The notes beneath the pieces are model-generated. The model worked only from the letters and a program-made list of their open reading frames with translations, did not search any database and was not told the DNA's origin. From Gammaproteobacteria bacterium (lineage in GTDB: Bacteria > Pseudomonadota > Gammaproteobacteria > Eutrophobiales > Eutrophobiaceae): a stretch of DNA of 64,000 nt. This document shows, piece by piece, positions 8,819 to 20,458 of this stretch (its first letter is position 1; each line of letters begins with the position of its first letter). A program made the translations under genes and the position numbers. The stretch is taken from contig OZ250183.1 in assembly GCA_965238225.1 (NCBI GenBank), forward strand, positions 896,001-960,000. The letters run 5' to 3'.

Positions 8819-10213
8819 ATGACAGTGGTTGAGCAAAGACAATCTATCGCAGTGGTTGAGCAAAGACAATCTATCCGTGGCCAATGGTCATCCCCTTGGG
8901 TTTTTATCATGGCAGCAACAGGTTCTGCTGTGGGCTTGGGCAATATATGGCGGTTTCCTTATATCGCTGGTGAATATGGCGGTGGCGCATTTGTACTCAC
9001 GTATCTTGCTTGCGTTTTGTTGGTTGGCATCCCAATCATGATATCCGAGGTTATGCTCGGCAGGCGAGGGCGCAAAAATCCTATCAACACACTAGAGACT
9101 CTATCCAAAGCAGAAGGCTTGAATCCAGCATGGCGCTATCTTGGCTGGATGGGTGTGGTTGCCGGTTTTCTAATCTTGTCTTTTTACAGTGTGATTGCCG
9201 GTTGGACGTTGGAATATATATTTCAGTCAGGCTCAGGTAATTTTCTAACAGCAACTGATGATGAGATTGGCGAAATTTTCAATGCCTTATTAAGTAGCCC
9301 AGTCCGATTATTGGCAGTGCATACCTTGTTTATGGCTTTGACAATTGCTGTGGTTGCTATGGGTGTGCAAAACGGTCTGGAGCGTGCTGTCAAATTTTTG
9401 ATGCCTGCGCTTTTTGTTCTGCTTGTGATTATGGTCGGCTACGCCATGTGCACGGATGGTTTTCAAGAAGGAATGCGTTATTTGTTTTATCCAGACTGGA
9501 GCAAATTATCGGGCGAAGGCTTTTTAGTTGCCTTAGGTCAGGCATTTTTTAGCCTGAGTTTGGGCATGGGTGCAATTATGGTTTATGGCTCTTATATGCC
9601 TCGTAATGCGTCGATTGTGCATACCTCTGTTAGTATTGCTTTGGTTGATATGTTTGTAGCCATTATGGCTGGAATTGCAATTTTCCCACTGGTTTTTACC
9701 TATGGCTTGGATTCAGGCCAAGGACCTGGGTTAATTTTTGTGACTTTACCCATAGCCTTCGGTCAGATGCCCTATGGCCAATTTTTTGGAACAGGGTTCT
9801 TTATTTTGTTGATGGTTGCTGCTTGGACATCATCTATTTCCCTGCTCGAGCCTGCTGTTGCATGGCTGGTTGAAAATCGCGGTATTAATAGAGTAAAATC
9901 TGCAGTAATCACTGGATTGATTGCATGGGTTTTGGGTATAGGTTCGGTCTTGTCTTTTAATCTCTGGCAAGATTATAAATTGTTTGATAAGACCTATTTT
10001 AGCTTGGTGGAATATGCGACATCTACTGTAATGCTGCCTTTAGGTGGTTTATTAATTGCTATATTTGCTGGATGGCTGGTGTCTAGAAAGGCAGTGGTTA
10101 AGGAATTAGGTCTTGGTGAGGGCGCTCTTTTTCAGTGTTGGTTGTTCGCTGCGCGTTATGTCGCGCCGCTTGGAGTGGTCGTTATACTTTTTCATGCTAT
10201 TGGGCTTTTTTAG
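8819..10213 (+). CDS. Sodium-dependent transporter, NSS/SNF family
   Basis: GSAVGLGNIWRFPY and QAFFSLSLG motifs; about 11 TM helices. Confidence 0.95.
   Translation: MTVVEQRQSIAVVEQRQSIRGQWSSPWVFIMAATGSAVGLGNIWRFPYIAGEYGGGAFVLTYLACVLLVGIPIMISEVMLGRRGRKNPINTLETLSKAEGLNPAWRYLGWMGVVAGFLILSFYSVIAGWTLEYIFQSGSGNFLTATDDEIGEIFNALLSSPVRLLAVHTLFMALTIAVVAMGVQNGLERAVKFLMPALFVLLVIMVGYAMCTDGFQEGMRYLFYPDWSKLSGEGFLVALGQAFFSLSLGMGAIMVYGSYMPRNASIVHTSVSIALVDMFVAIMAGIAIFPLVFTYGLDSGQGPGLIFVTLPIAFGQMPYGQFFGTGFFILLMVAAWTSSISLLEPAVAWLVENRGINRVKSAVITGLIAWVLGIGSVLSFNLWQDYKLFDKTYFSLVEYATSTVMLPLGGLLIAIFAGWLVSRKAVVKELGLGEGALFQCWLFAARYVAPLGVVVILFHAIGLF
8823..8875 (+). repeat. 27-bp-period perfect tandem duplication in the transporter 5' end
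   Basis: cagtggttgagcaaagacaatctatc occurs twice; encodes VVEQRQSI-A-VVEQRQSI. Confidence 0.95.
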
Positions 10214-10222
10214 CTCTAAAAT

Positions 10223-10660
10223 ATGACCGAAATTAGTAAAACGACTGTTGTCCCTTACACACAAAAAGAGATGTATGTGCTGGTTAATGATATCGAGTCT
10301 TACCCTGCCTTTTTACCTTGGTGCACTGCTGCAAAAATATTAACCCAGGAAAAGAAAAATTTGACGGCAAGATTATCCCTTGAGTTAGGGAAAATTAAAC
10401 AATCGTTTGTCACGGAAAATATTATGCAAAATGGTTCTCAAATTGACATACGATTAATCGAAGGACCATTCACACATCTAAGCGGATGCTGGCGGTTTAT
10501 TCAAGAAAACGAACAATGCTGCCGTATTCATTTATATATGAGTTTTGAATTCAAAAACAAAATCCTGAAATATACTTTAGGCAAGGTGTTTTATAAAATA
10601 ATGGATTCTTTGATTGAATCTTTTGCACAAAGAGCTAGGAAAATCTATGGTAACCGATAA
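10223..10660 (+). CDS. ratA: RatA/PasT (COQ10 START domain)
   Basis: MYVLVNDIESYPAFLPWC and GPFTHLSGCWRF; conserved smpB neighbourhood. Confidence 0.93.
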   Translation: MTEISKTTVVPYTQKEMYVLVNDIESYPAFLPWCTAAKILTQEKKNLTARLSLELGKIKQSFVTENIMQNGSQIDIRLIEGPFTHLSGCWRFIQENEQCCRIHLYMSFEFKNKILKYTLGKVFYKIMDSLIESFAQRARKIYGNR

Positions 10661-10958
10661 TATATTGTCGACAACGATACCCATTGAGGTTGCGTATGCT
10701 TCGGCTAGGCAAAGCTGGTTGATTCCATTCGCAGCCAAAGAAGGAAGCACGGTGCGCGAGGCAATAGTAAGCTCCGGCATATTAGAAAAATGCTGCGATA
10801 TTAATTTACAAACAAATAAAGTCGGAATTTTTAGCAAAATTATTACGCTTGATGCGCAAGTCATGGCAGGTGATCGTATTGAAATATATCGTCCTTTGCT
10901 TCTTGATCCAAAAGAAGCAAGACGCCTGCGAGCAGAAAAAACAAAACAGGAAAAATAG
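10647..10958 (+). CDS. rnfH: RnfH/RatB ubiquitin-like protein
   Basis: IEVAYA, VGIFSK and GDRIEIYRPLLLDPKEARRLRA. Confidence 0.92.
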   Translation: MVTDNILSTTIPIEVAYASARQSWLIPFAAKEGSTVREAIVSSGILEKCCDINLQTNKVGIFSKIITLDAQVMAGDRIEIYRPLLLDPKEARRLRAEKTKQEK

Positions 10959-11199
10959 TATTTCCTGCAAAGCACATTGGCCTGAAGATTTTCAAGCGAA
11001 GAAATGTAGACAGTTAATCGAAGATGAATAAGTTGTTCAGTGAATTTGGCATATAATTGTCCATTTTCTCAAACAATAATTAAATCAGGCTGTGGTAATT
11101 GAATTTTTTCAATATCCAGATGATAGACATCGCCAATACGTGAGGTTGTATAATTTTTTAGATTGCTTCAATATCTTCTGTCAATGCATTTAGTTCTCT

Positions 11200-11682
11200 T
11201 TAATTTCCAAAGTCAAACCATCCGCTAAACAGGCCTTTCTTTTCTCTTTCTTCTGTAAGAATAATATTTGTTACAGCCTCGGCATCGTCTTCATCTCCTA
11301 CGCCATGGGAGCTTTTATAGATTGGAGTGATACTGCCTTCAAGGCGTGCTAATTTATTATCTTTAAAAAATATTGTTACATGGCGTTGGGAGCGCACACC
11401 TTCACCTGGTTCGACACTGTAAACGTATTCCCAACGGTTACTATGGAAAGGATCACGTAACAAAGGTGTGCCCATAATAAAACGTACTTTTTCTTTGGAC
11501 ATTCCGCGTTCAAGTTTGTCTATCATTGATTGTTCAATAACATTCCCTTGTTGTATATCAATACGGTATACGAATGGTATTTTGAAGTTGCCGTCAAAGT
11601 GCTTAGAACAGCCGATAATTTGGCTGGAGATGAAAATAGAAAAAACAATAAATAATATGATCTTGTTCAATAGAAGCTCCAA
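11200..11682 (-). CDS. bamE: Outer membrane assembly lipoprotein BamE
   Basis: Lipobox IIGC, YRIDIQQGN, GMSKEKVRFIMGTP and RWEYVY. Confidence 0.93.
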   Translation of the reverse strand: MELLLNKIILFIVFSIFISSQIIGCSKHFDGNFKIPFVYRIDIQQGNVIEQSMIDKLERGMSKEKVRFIMGTPLLRDPFHSNRWEYVYSVEPGEGVRSQRHVTIFFKDNKLARLEGSITPIYKSSHGVGDEDDAEAVTNIILTEEREKKGLFSGWFDFGN

Positions 11683-12029
11683 TTATAAAGGATTGTAATG
11701 CCCCAAAGTCAATTTCTGAAAGGCGATGATTATATCGTAATGTAAAGTAAAGGGCACGTTTAGCTATGTTTCGTGTATGCGCATTTCAGGAAAGGCAGAT
11801 TCTTAAAACACTAAGCCGACGCAATTTCGCGAGATGTATTAAATACCGCGCATAAACACCATTAATTCAATCTTTATGAATACGAGAGAATAAAATGTAG
11901 TGGTGTCATAAGCACACATAATATGCGACTTAGACGCACAGGACATCTGTCTGTGAATTGGGTATACTTAAGACAGGAGTGGCAGTGATTTTTCTTAATT
12001 TTTATCCTTAAATCTTCAAGGAGTCATTA

Positions 12030-12440
12030 TTGGAAACACAAGATTTAAAAAATGCTGGACTCAAGGCAACCTTGCCAAGATTACGCATTCTTCAAATCAT
12101 GGAAGAATCCGATCAAAAACATCTAAGCGCGGAAGACATTTACAGGGCTTTATTGGATCTCAAGGAGGAGGTGGGTTTGGCCACTGTTTATCGCGTATTG
12201 ACCCAGTTTGAATCGGCTGGGTTAGTGATTCGGCACCATTTTGACTCCGGTCATTCAGTATTTGAACTAAATAGCGGCGGACATCACGATCACATGGTGT
12301 GTCTGAAAACAGGCAAAGTCATTGAATTTAAGAATGAGGAGATTGAACGTATTCAAGAGGAGATTGCTGAACAAAACGGATACAAATTAGAAGAGCATAG
12401 TTTGGTGTTGTATGTAACGCCCAAAAATGATGATTCGTAA
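12030..12440 (+). CDS. fur: Ferric uptake regulator
   Basis: GLKATLPRLRIL, GLATVYRVL and HHDHMVC. Confidence 0.97.
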   Translation: METQDLKNAGLKATLPRLRILQIMEESDQKHLSAEDIYRALLDLKEEVGLATVYRVLTQFESAGLVIRHHFDSGHSVFELNSGGHHDHMVCLKTGKVIEFKNEEIERIQEEIAEQNGYKLEEHSLVLYVTPKNDDS

Positions 12441-12489
12441 TGTATGTTTATTCAGGCAATCGTTTATATTTTATTGGCGAGTGGTTCAA

Positions 12490-12517
12490 GGCGATTGATC
12501 TAGGGCGATTGATCTAG
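12490..12517. repeat. 14-bp perfect tandem duplication between fur and recN
   Basis: ggcgattgatctag x2. Confidence 0.9.
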
Positions 12518-12569
12518 CTTGAAGAAAATAAAACTAATCGACAGTACTCTATGTATTAATAACTTTTTA

Positions 12570-14231
12570 TCAAGTCTCTAACATCTCTTTTGCATGAATC
12601 AGGGTTTGTTCAGTAATCTTTACGCCGCCCAGCATTCTAGCGACTTCGTCAATTCTTTCTCTATCATCTAATCCGCTGACACGAGTCAATGTTGTTCCTG
12701 CATGAGTAGCTTTGGCAACTTGCATATGGTGTTCTCCTTGCGAGGCAATTTGTGCTAAATGCGTAACACACAATACCTGTCTTTTGGCAGATAAATCGTA
12801 TAAAAGTTTACCGACAATTTCAGCTACGCCGCCGCCGATACCGCTATCAACTTCATCAAATATCAATGTCGGAATACCTTTGTCCTTACTTCCTGTTATT
12901 TGTATCGCCAAGCTAATACGAGATAGCTCGCCTCCAGAGGCAACTTTACTTAAAGATTGCAGTGGTTGGCCGGAATTTAGAGAAACCAGATAATCAATTT
13001 TATCCATGCCGTTTTGTAGTGGCATATCTTTCTTCATATCGTTTATTTCGATCAAAAATTGCCCGCCAGACATCCCTAAATCGTTTAGTTTGTTAGAAAT
13101 ATCATGGCTGAGTTTTTTAGCCGCCCGCCGCCTGCTACCGCTTAATTTTCTAGTTGCCTTGTAGTAGTTTTCAGCTGATGACTGTTGCAGTGCGATTAAT
13201 TCTTGAAGGCGAGTTTCACTGTGTTCGAGATTATGCAGATCATCCTCTAAGGCAATAAGATGATCGCTCAGGGCTTCTGGTTGAATCTTGTATTTACGCG
13301 CCATATCATGAAAGCTGCCAAGTGAATCTTCAACGATTTTCAGTTGCTTTGGATCCAGTTCAAGCCTGTCTAAGTAATGTCGTAATTCATCACAGGCTTC
13401 GCCAACTTGGATAGATGCGCTATTTAGTAATTCAATGACGGTTTCTAAAGACGAATCAAATTTCTGAATATTTTGCAATTCGTTGAGGCTATGGCTGAGC
13501 CCGCTTTGAATTGAATGCTCGTCTTCAGAAAGCTGTTGAAATATTTTGTGGCATACTTCCATCAAGTGATTAGCGTTCGCTAATTTTTTATATTTTTTTT
13601 CGATTTCACTAAATTTCGATTCGCTCGGGTTAAGTGCCCGTAGCTCTTGAATCTGGTATTGAAGTAATGCAATTCGCGCATCATGATTGCTCTCGCCTCC
13701 GTTTAAACTCTGCAGCTCAATTTCTGTCTTATTCCATAGCTTCCATGCGTCTTTAACTGCATTTAATTCTTGCGTATAACTGCCAAACTCATCAAGAAGA
13801 TTTCTTTGAGCGTCTGTTTTTAGTAAGGATTGATGCGCATGTTGACCATGAATATCTACCATACATTCTCCTAGTGAACGTAATAATTGTGCTGGCACCA
13901 AACTGCCATTTACGTACGCACGTGAACGACCATCTTTATTAATTATTCGTCGTAGTATCAGCTCATCGTTGTAGTCAATCTCCTGTTTTGCCAACACGGA
14001 TTGGATCTCTTGCTCATTTTGCACATCAAAGATCGCAGTAATCTCAGTTCGTTCACAACCAGCGCGAACAATGCCGCTGTCTGAGCGGTCACCAAGCACT
14101 AGCCCAAGCGCATCTACCATAATAGATTTACCTGCACCTGTTTCACCTGTAAACACGGTCATGCCAGAATTAAAGGGAATGTCCAATTCTTCGATAACGG
14201 CAAAATTTCTGATATGCAGATGTTTTAGCAA
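12570..14231 (-). CDS. recN: DNA repair protein RecN
   Basis: TGETGAGKS Walker A, coiled coil, ASGGELSR and LIFDEVD; probable TTG start overlapping the nadK stop. Confidence 0.97.
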   Translation of the reverse strand: MLKHLHIRNFAVIEELDIPFNSGMTVFTGETGAGKSIMVDALGLVLGDRSDSGIVRAGCERTEITAIFDVQNEQEIQSVLAKQEIDYNDELILRRIINKDGRSRAYVNGSLVPAQLLRSLGECMVDIHGQHAHQSLLKTDAQRNLLDEFGSYTQELNAVKDAWKLWNKTEIELQSLNGGESNHDARIALLQYQIQELRALNPSESKFSEIEKKYKKLANANHLMEVCHKIFQQLSEDEHSIQSGLSHSLNELQNIQKFDSSLETVIELLNSASIQVGEACDELRHYLDRLELDPKQLKIVEDSLGSFHDMARKYKIQPEALSDHLIALEDDLHNLEHSETRLQELIALQQSSAENYYKATRKLSGSRRRAAKKLSHDISNKLNDLGMSGGQFLIEINDMKKDMPLQNGMDKIDYLVSLNSGQPLQSLSKVASGGELSRISLAIQITGSKDKGIPTLIFDEVDSGIGGGVAEIVGKLLYDLSAKRQVLCVTHLAQIASQGEHHMQVAKATHAGTTLTRVSGLDDRERIDEVARMLGGVKITEQTLIHAKEMLET

Positions 14232-15109
14232 ACTTCTGTGCCCCATCGTAATTTTGCTCGGAGAGTACTGAAATGATCGTATCCCTGGGGATGTATTAAT
14301 TTAATTTTTTGCCTTTTTTTCTGGATATGAATGCGATCGCTTGGGGTAAGTTCCGCTGTAACTTCACCGTCGCAGGTTAAGCGCGCATGATTATGTTTAC
14401 GCGTGCCAACAACAATCTCAATCAGGCTGTTGCCATCAATCACAATTGGCCTATTGGTGAGTGTGTGCGGGCAAATAGGCACAAGTGCCAAGGCATCCAG
14501 TGAAGGATGCAGGATAGGGCCGCCACCAGAGAGTGCATAGGCTGTTGAGCCTGTTGGTGAGGTCACGATTAATCCATCTGAGCGTTGCCGATGCACAAAA
14601 CTGCCATCTACGTAGACTTCAAATTCGATCAGTCTCGCGGTATTCCATTTTTGCAACACAACATCATTAAGCGCACTGTTTTTTAGGAGCGATTTACCCT
14701 CTCTCAGTAGCTCAACATGCAGCAGAAAACGTTCGTCTTCTATGAAGGATCCAGCAAAAATTTCATCGAGATGTTTTTCGATCGAATCTGCCGGGATATC
14801 TGCTAAAAATCCCAAGCGACCTTTGTTGATGCCTAATAATGGTATTTCATACAAACAGGCGAAATGCGAGGCTTTTAACATAGTCCCATCACCACCAATG
14901 GCGATCACTAAATCACAGTTCATTTCAAATTCATGCTCGTTTATGACGGGCAAGTCCGGTTGATTTACAAGGGTTGCACTGTCTTTGTCTAAAGTGCATT
15001 CTATTGCATTGGACTGGAGGTACCCAATCAGGCTTTCGAGTGTTTCAGCAACTTCTTTGGTGTTGGAATTACTGATTAGCGTGATGCGTTTGAACATATT
15101 GATTGCCAT
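14225..15109 (-). CDS. nadK: NAD kinase
   Basis: GGDGT, GRLGFL, ND and TGSTAYALSGGG motifs. Confidence 0.96.
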   Translation of the reverse strand: MAINMFKRITLISNSNTKEVAETLESLIGYLQSNAIECTLDKDSATLVNQPDLPVINEHEFEMNCDLVIAIGGDGTMLKASHFACLYEIPLLGINKGRLGFLADIPADSIEKHLDEIFAGSFIEDERFLLHVELLREGKSLLKNSALNDVVLQKWNTARLIEFEVYVDGSFVHRQRSDGLIVTSPTGSTAYALSGGGPILHPSLDALALVPICPHTLTNRPIVIDGNSLIEIVVGTRKHNHARLTCDGEVTAELTPSDRIHIQKKRQKIKLIHPQGYDHFSTLRAKLRWGTEVC

Positions 15110-15166
15110 CGTAAAAATTTAATCCTGCAAACTTAGCATTTGAGCCGCCACCAGACAAACAATGAT

Positions 15167-15193
15167 TTTGCACTCTTGTCGATAGAGTGCTAA
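15167..15193. promoter_or_regulatory. CIRCE element (HrcA operator)
   Basis: TTTGCACTC-N9-GAGTGCTAA, one mismatch to TTAGCACTC-N9-GAGTGCTAA, just upstream of hrcA. Confidence 0.92.
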
Positions 15194-15233
15194 ATTTTGC
15201 ACTTTGAATGGTGCAAGTCTTAAGGAAATTGGT

Positions 15234-16283
15234 ATGCCAAAATCTAAACAATTGCCAGAATTGACCGAGCGCGGTCTGTTTCTCTTTAAGTCATTGGTCG
15301 ATCACTTCATAGACAGTGGCCAACCTGTTGGTTCTTGTGCTTTAGCGCAGGATACGGGTTTGGATCTCAGCGCAGCGACAGTTCGTAATGTTATGTCAGA
15401 TCTGGAAGATTTAGGCTTATTACACTCGCCGCACACCTCATCGGGTCGTATTCCTACAGCGATAGGCTACCGCTTATTTGTCAATATATTATTGCGGACA
15501 GGGGATCTTGGCGCTGAAGAAATACAACGCATGACTGAAGAAATGGATGATGTGAGTAGTACACAAAATCTAATGCAAAAAACTTCATCAATGTTGTCAG
15601 GCATTACCCACCTTGCCAGTGTTGTGATGTTGCCTAGGATCGAACAAGGTATATTAAGCCAAATTGAATTCATTTCTCTGTCTAATAATCGTATTTTGGT
15701 TGTTCTTGTGATGAGTGATGATGAGGTACAGAATAGAATTATTCACACAGCCCAGCCATTTGGCGCATCAGAGCTGGAACAAGCAGCAAATTATCTGAAT
15801 AAAATGCTTAAAAATAATAGCTTAAGTGATATTCGTAATAACATGCTTGTTGAACTTGAAAATATGAAGAAGAACGTGAATCAGCTGATGCAGGCAGCCA
15901 TAGAAATGGCACAGAAAACCCTTGATGCCAGTGTACAGGATAGTGACTATGTGGTTGCAGGTGAAACTAACCTCATGGGCGTATCGGGATGGGATGATGT
16001 AGAACGGCTCAAGCGTTTATTCGACACCTTCAATCAGAAGCGTGATATTTTACATCTTTTGGAACAATCTATTAATGCCAAAGGGGTACAAATCTTTATT
16101 GGCGAAGAATCAGGCTACGAGGTATTTGATGATTGCAGTGTTGTCACCTCAGCATATGAGTCTGAAGACCGTACACTAGGCGTGCTGGGCGTGATTGGGC
16201 CTACACGTATGGATTATGAGCGCATCATCCCGATCGTAGATTTAACTGCAAAAATGTTGGGTTCGGCCTTGAATTCTAGGTAA
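15234..16283 (+). CDS. hrcA: Heat-inducible transcription repressor HrcA
   Basis: SAATVRNVMSDLE..PHTSSGRIPT and GVIGPTRMDY. Confidence 0.96.
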   Translation: MPKSKQLPELTERGLFLFKSLVDHFIDSGQPVGSCALAQDTGLDLSAATVRNVMSDLEDLGLLHSPHTSSGRIPTAIGYRLFVNILLRTGDLGAEEIQRMTEEMDDVSSTQNLMQKTSSMLSGITHLASVVMLPRIEQGILSQIEFISLSNNRILVVLVMSDDEVQNRIIHTAQPFGASELEQAANYLNKMLKNNSLSDIRNNMLVELENMKKNVNQLMQAAIEMAQKTLDASVQDSDYVVAGETNLMGVSGWDDVERLKRLFDTFNQKRDILHLLEQSINAKGVQIFIGEESGYEVFDDCSVVTSAYESEDRTLGVLGVIGPTRMDYERIIPIVDLTAKMLGSALNSR

Positions 16284-16410
16284 AGAGCCACCATCTAACA
16301 CTCAAACAAATCAGATACACAGTAATAAACCAAAAAATTACCGGTAAGCCATTGAAATGACATGGTTTTCCAGTTGTTTTTAATGTGAACAGTAGCTTTA
16401 AGGAAAATTT

Positions 16411-17088
16411 ATGACAGCTAAACAGAAAAATGAAGCAAGTTTGAATGCAACGAATCCAGAAGGAGCAATGCCAGAAGAAGCGATGATTGATGAAAAAGTG
16501 GCTCATGAAGAAGTTGAGGAACATGCGCATGATGTCAAGGCAGATGGCGCAAAGCATGAAGTCTGTGCCGAACTTGATGCTGATTGCGCCACAGACGAGG
16601 TCACAATCGAATCGCTTACAGCGCAGATTGCGGCTTTAAAGACACAGGCAACAGATAGTATGGATAAGGCAGTCCGTGCACAGGCGGAATTAGATAACGT
16701 ACGAAAACGCAGCAATCGTGATATTGAGAATGCGCATAAATACGCTCTGGATAAATTTATCAGTGAGCTATTGCCTGTGTTAGACAGTATGGAATTGGGT
16801 ATTCATGCTGCAAATAACAGCGCAGGAGAGGGAGAAGTGGCTGATATCAGTAGCTTACATGAAGGCATGGATTTAACCATGAAGATGCTCTCTTCATCTT
16901 TAGAGAAATCTGGGGTCAATCCCATTACCCCTAAAGAAGGTGATAAATTTAACCCTGAGCAACATGAAGCCATGACCATGCAAGAAATGGAGAGTACTGA
17001 ATCAGGCACTGTCATTAGCACGCTACAAAAGGGTTACACGCTAAATGGGCGGCTGGTAAGGCCAGCCATGGTGATTGTGGCGAAATAA
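16411..17088 (+). CDS. grpE: Nucleotide exchange factor GrpE
   Basis: RAQAELDNVRKR, FNPEQHEAM and QKGYTLNGRLVRPAMV. Confidence 0.96.
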   Translation: MTAKQKNEASLNATNPEGAMPEEAMIDEKVAHEEVEEHAHDVKADGAKHEVCAELDADCATDEVTIESLTAQIAALKTQATDSMDKAVRAQAELDNVRKRSNRDIENAHKYALDKFISELLPVLDSMELGIHAANNSAGEGEVADISSLHEGMDLTMKMLSSSLEKSGVNPITPKEGDKFNPEQHEAMTMQEMESTESGTVISTLQKGYTLNGRLVRPAMVIVAK

Positions 17089-17104
17089 TTTTTTTACTCT
17101 TGTC

Positions 17105-17133
17105 CTTGCAAAAGGCGGTGAGCAGACACATAT
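17105..17133 (+). promoter_or_regulatory. Possible sigma32-type promoter of dnaK
   Basis: CTTGCA...CACATAT loosely resembles CTTGAA-N(13-17)-CCCCATNT. Confidence 0.35.
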
Positions 17134-17201
17134 AGTAGGGAAGTGATAAAAAAGTACAGACATTTTTAATTAATTGATAACAGTTTTGGGGGAGTATAAC
17201 G

Positions 17202-19124
17202 ATGGGTAAAATAATTGGAATTGACCTTGGTACGACAAATTCTTGTGTCGCAATATTAGAAGGTGGTCAAGTCAAGGTGATCGAAAATAGTGAAGGTGGA
17301 AGAACAACACCTTCTATCGTTGCGTACGCGGATGGTGATGAGGTTCTGGTTGGGCAATCTGCAAAACGCCAGTCAGTTACAAATCCGGAGAACACTCTAT
17401 TTGCCGTCAAGCGTTTAATCGGTCGTCGATTCGAAGACGATGTAGTGCAAAAAGATATACACATGGTGCCCTACAAGATTGTTAAGGCTGATAATGGCGA
17501 TGCTTGGGTTGAAGTGAATAACAAAAAAATGGCATCGCCTGAAATTTCTGCGCGCGTTCTAATGAAAATGAAACAGACGGCAGAAGATTATTTAGGCGAG
17601 GAAGTCACAGAAGCTGTTGTCACCGTCCCTGCTCACTTTAATGATTCTCAGCGTCAGGCAACCAAGGATGCTGGCAAGATTGCTGGTCTTGATGTGAAAC
17701 GAATTATTAATGAACCGACGGCTGCAGCATTAGCATTTGGCATGGATAAGCAAGTAGGCGACGCAAAGATTGTGGTTTATGATCTGGGTGGCGGTACCTT
17801 TGATGTATCCATCATTGAGATTGCTGAAATTGATGGTGAGCATCAGTTTGAAGTGTTATCAACCAATGGCGATACTTTTCTCGGCGGTGAAGATTTTGAT
17901 TTACGCATCATTGATTTCATTTGTGATGAATTTAAGAAAGATCATGGGGTTGATCTGCACAATGATCCATTGGCTTTACAGCGGCTTAAAGAAGCTGCAG
18001 AAAAAGCCAAGATTGAGTTATCTTCAACGCAACAAACCGATATAAATCTGCCATATATAACAGCAGACGCAGGCGGTCCTAAGCACCTTAATATAAAAAT
18101 GACGCGCGCCAAATTAGAATCATTGGCTAAAGATTTGATTGATCGCACTATTGAGCCTTGCCGTATCGCTTTGCAAGATGCTGGGTTGACGGTTTCTGAG
18201 ATTACAGATGTTATTTTAGTTGGCGGTCAAACACGTATGCCCAAGGTACAGGAAACAGTCGCGCAATTCTTTGGCAAGGAACCGCGTAAAGATGTTAATC
18301 CTGATGAAGCTGTAGCCTCTGGCGCTGCGATTCAGGCGGGCGTATTAGGCGGTGATGTTAAAGATGTTCTGCTTTTAGATGTCACGCCGTTGTCTTTGGG
18401 TATTGAAACCATGGGCAGTGTAATGACTAAGTTAATTGAAAAAAATACAACCATCCCGACTAATGCCAGCCAGATATTTTCTACCGCTGAGGACAACCAG
18501 GGTGCTGTGACCGTACATGTTTTGCAGGGCGAGCGTGAAATGATGGTGGGTAATAAATCCTTAGGGCGATTTGATCTGGCTGATATTCCCCCGGCACCGC
18601 GTGGTGTTCCACAAATTGAAGTTAGCTTTGATATCGATGCAAACGGTATTTTAAATGTCTCTGCTAAAGACAAGGCAACGGGTAAAGAGCAGTCTATTGT
18701 CATCAAGGCATCAAGCGGTCTTTCAGACAAAGAAATTGAAAACATGGTAAAGGATGCTGAAGCGCATGCCGAGGAAGACAGCTTGGCTAAAGAGATGGTT
18801 GAATCTCGCAATATGGCAGACAACATGATCCATGCTTCTAGGAAATCTGTCGAAGAGTTGGGCGATAAGGTTGGAGAACAAGAAAAAACAGATATTGAAG
18901 CCGCGATTTCCGAGTTAGAAGATGCTCTGAAGGGTAAGAGCAAGGAAGCGATTGACGAGAAAACCACAAAACTAACAGAAATTTCCGGAAAATTGGCCGA
19001 ACGTGTTTACAAGCAAAATGCTGAGCAAGGCGAGGCTCAGGCACCTCCGACCGAAGCCAGTGCTGATTCTAAGGATGACGTAGTTGATGCCGAGTTCGAG
19101 GAAGTGAAAGACGACGATAAATAA
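17202..19124 (+). CDS. dnaK: Chaperone DnaK
   Basis: [17 protein letters not shown] and C-terminal DAEFEEV. Confidence 0.99.
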   Translation: MGKIIGIDLGTTNSCVAILEGGQVKVIENSEGGRTTPSIVAYADGDEVLVGQSAKRQSVTNPENTLFAVKRLIGRRFEDDVVQKDIHMVPYKIVKADNGDAWVEVNNKKMASPEISARVLMKMKQTAEDYLGEEVTEAVVTVPAHFNDSQRQATKDAGKIAGLDVKRIINEPTAAALAFGMDKQVGDAKIVVYDLGGGTFDVSIIEIAEIDGEHQFEVLSTNGDTFLGGEDFDLRIIDFICDEFKKDHGVDLHNDPLALQRLKEAAEKAKIELSSTQQTDINLPYITADAGGPKHLNIKMTRAKLESLAKDLIDRTIEPCRIALQDAGLTVSEITDVILVGGQTRMPKVQETVAQFFGKEPRKDVNPDEAVASGAAIQAGVLGGDVKDVLLLDVTPLSLGIETMGSVMTKLIEKNTTIPTNASQIFSTAEDNQGAVTVHVLQGEREMMVGNKSLGRFDLADIPPAPRGVPQIEVSFDIDANGILNVSAKDKATGKEQSIVIKASSGLSDKEIENMVKDAEAHAEEDSLAKEMVESRNMADNMIHASRKSVEELGDKVGEQEKTDIEAAISELEDALKGKSKEAIDEKTTKLTEISGKLAERVYKQNAEQGEAQAPPTEASADSKDDVVDAEFEEVKDDDK

Positions 19125-19180
19125 GCTGTCAACATTGAATCCCGCCGAAGCAGATGGGTTTTGTTAAGGCACAAATACGC

Positions 19181-19218
19181 AGCCCGAAAGAGATGTTTTT
19201 TCTTTCGGGCTTGTTTTC
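19181..19218 (+). terminator. Stem-loop between dnaK and dnaJ (terminator or mRNA stabiliser)
   Basis: 11-bp stem agcccgaaaga/tctttcgggct followed by tgttttc. Confidence 0.7.
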
Positions 19219-19293
19219 GTGATGAAGATTCAACAAGCTTGGTAAGATACATTATCAATTAACGGCATTTAAGATTAGAACATACAGTTAAAG

Positions 19294-20415
19294 ATGGCAA
19301 AACAAGACTATTACACAGTGCTTGGTGTATCAAGGAATGCAGCAGATGCTGAATTGAAAAAAGCATACAAACGATTAGCAATGAAACATCATCCAGATCG
19401 GAATGAGGGGGACGCATCAGCAGAAGCAAGATTTAAGGAAGCAAAAGAAGCCTACGATGTATTATCTGATGAGCGTAAACGCACAGCTTATGATCAGTTT
19501 GGGCATGCAGGTGTTAATAATAGTGCGGGACAAGATTCCAGTAGCGCCAGCGATATCTTTGATAGTGTTTTTGGTGATATTTTCGGTGGTGATGCCTTTG
19601 GCTCTGGCAAACAGCGAGCTTATCGCGGTGCAGATTTGCGTTATGAATTGAGCTTAAGTTTAGAAGATGCCGTTTCTGGAACAACAGTCAGGATTAGAAT
19701 CCCGAAACTTATCAAATGCGGCAATTGTAGTGGTTCAGGAGCAAAGAAAGGCAGTACGCCATCGACTTGTCCTACCTGTGCAGGTCAAGGGCAGGTGCGT
19801 ATGCAGCAGGGTTTTTTCTCCCTACAACAGGCCTGTCCGCAATGCCGTGGACAAGGGAAAATAATTAAAGATCCGTGCACACAATGTCGAGGACAAGGAC
19901 GCGTTAAAGATATTAAAAAAATTTCGGTTAAAGTACCGCCTGGCGTTGATAATGGCGATCGTATTCGACTCTCGAATGAGGGCGAGGCAGGGGAAAATAG
20001 TGGGTCGCCAGGTGATTTATATGTCCATGTGAATGTGCAAGAACATGCAATCTTTGCCAGAGACGATATTAATCTTCATTGTGAGGTGCCGATAAGCTAT
20101 GCAGTAGCAGCGCTGGGAGGTGAGATTGAAGTACCAACATTAGGAGGTTATGTGAAACTGAAGATTCCTGCTGCAACTCAAAGCGGCAGATTATTTCGCC
20201 TGCGAAGTAAGGGTGTAAAATCAGTGCGTTCTTCTGTAGCAGGAGATTTATTTTGTCGTGTGGCTGTGGAGACACCAGTCAATCTTACTAAAGAGCAAAA
20301 AAAATTATTTCAAGAACTTGAACATACTATGAGAAAGGGCGGAACAAAACATAGTCCACAAACTTCATCATGGTTGAACGGGGTTAAGAAATTTTTTGAC
20401 AACATGAAAAATTAA
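19294..20415 (+). CDS. dnaJ: Chaperone DnaJ
   Basis: J-domain HPD and four CxxCxGxG repeats. Confidence 0.98.
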   Translation: MAKQDYYTVLGVSRNAADAELKKAYKRLAMKHHPDRNEGDASAEARFKEAKEAYDVLSDERKRTAYDQFGHAGVNNSAGQDSSSASDIFDSVFGDIFGGDAFGSGKQRAYRGADLRYELSLSLEDAVSGTTVRIRIPKLIKCGNCSGSGAKKGSTPSTCPTCAGQGQVRMQQGFFSLQQACPQCRGQGKIIKDPCTQCRGQGRVKDIKKISVKVPPGVDNGDRIRLSNEGEAGENSGSPGDLYVHVNVQEHAIFARDDINLHCEVPISYAVAALGGEIEVPTLGGYVKLKIPAATQSGRLFRLRSKGVKSVRSSVAGDLFCRVAVETPVNLTKEQKKLFQELEHTMRKGGTKHSPQTSSWLNGVKKFFDNMKN

Positions 20416-20458
20416 AAAATAAGCTATATAGATAAAGAAACCGGGTAGAGAAATATTC

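Noticed and set aside
8819-10213. NSS transporter between smpB and ratA as a novel insertion
   Set aside because: This arrangement is common in Gammaproteobacteria such as Pseudomonas
10223-10958. ratA-rnfH as a toxin-antitoxin defence module
   Set aside because: It is a conserved core pair; RatA is a COQ10 homologue linked to respiration
18332-18967. 211-aa antisense ORF within dnaK and the many other antisense or alternate-frame ORFs in the track
   Set aside because: They are shadow ORFs of well-conserved genes with no recognisable motifs
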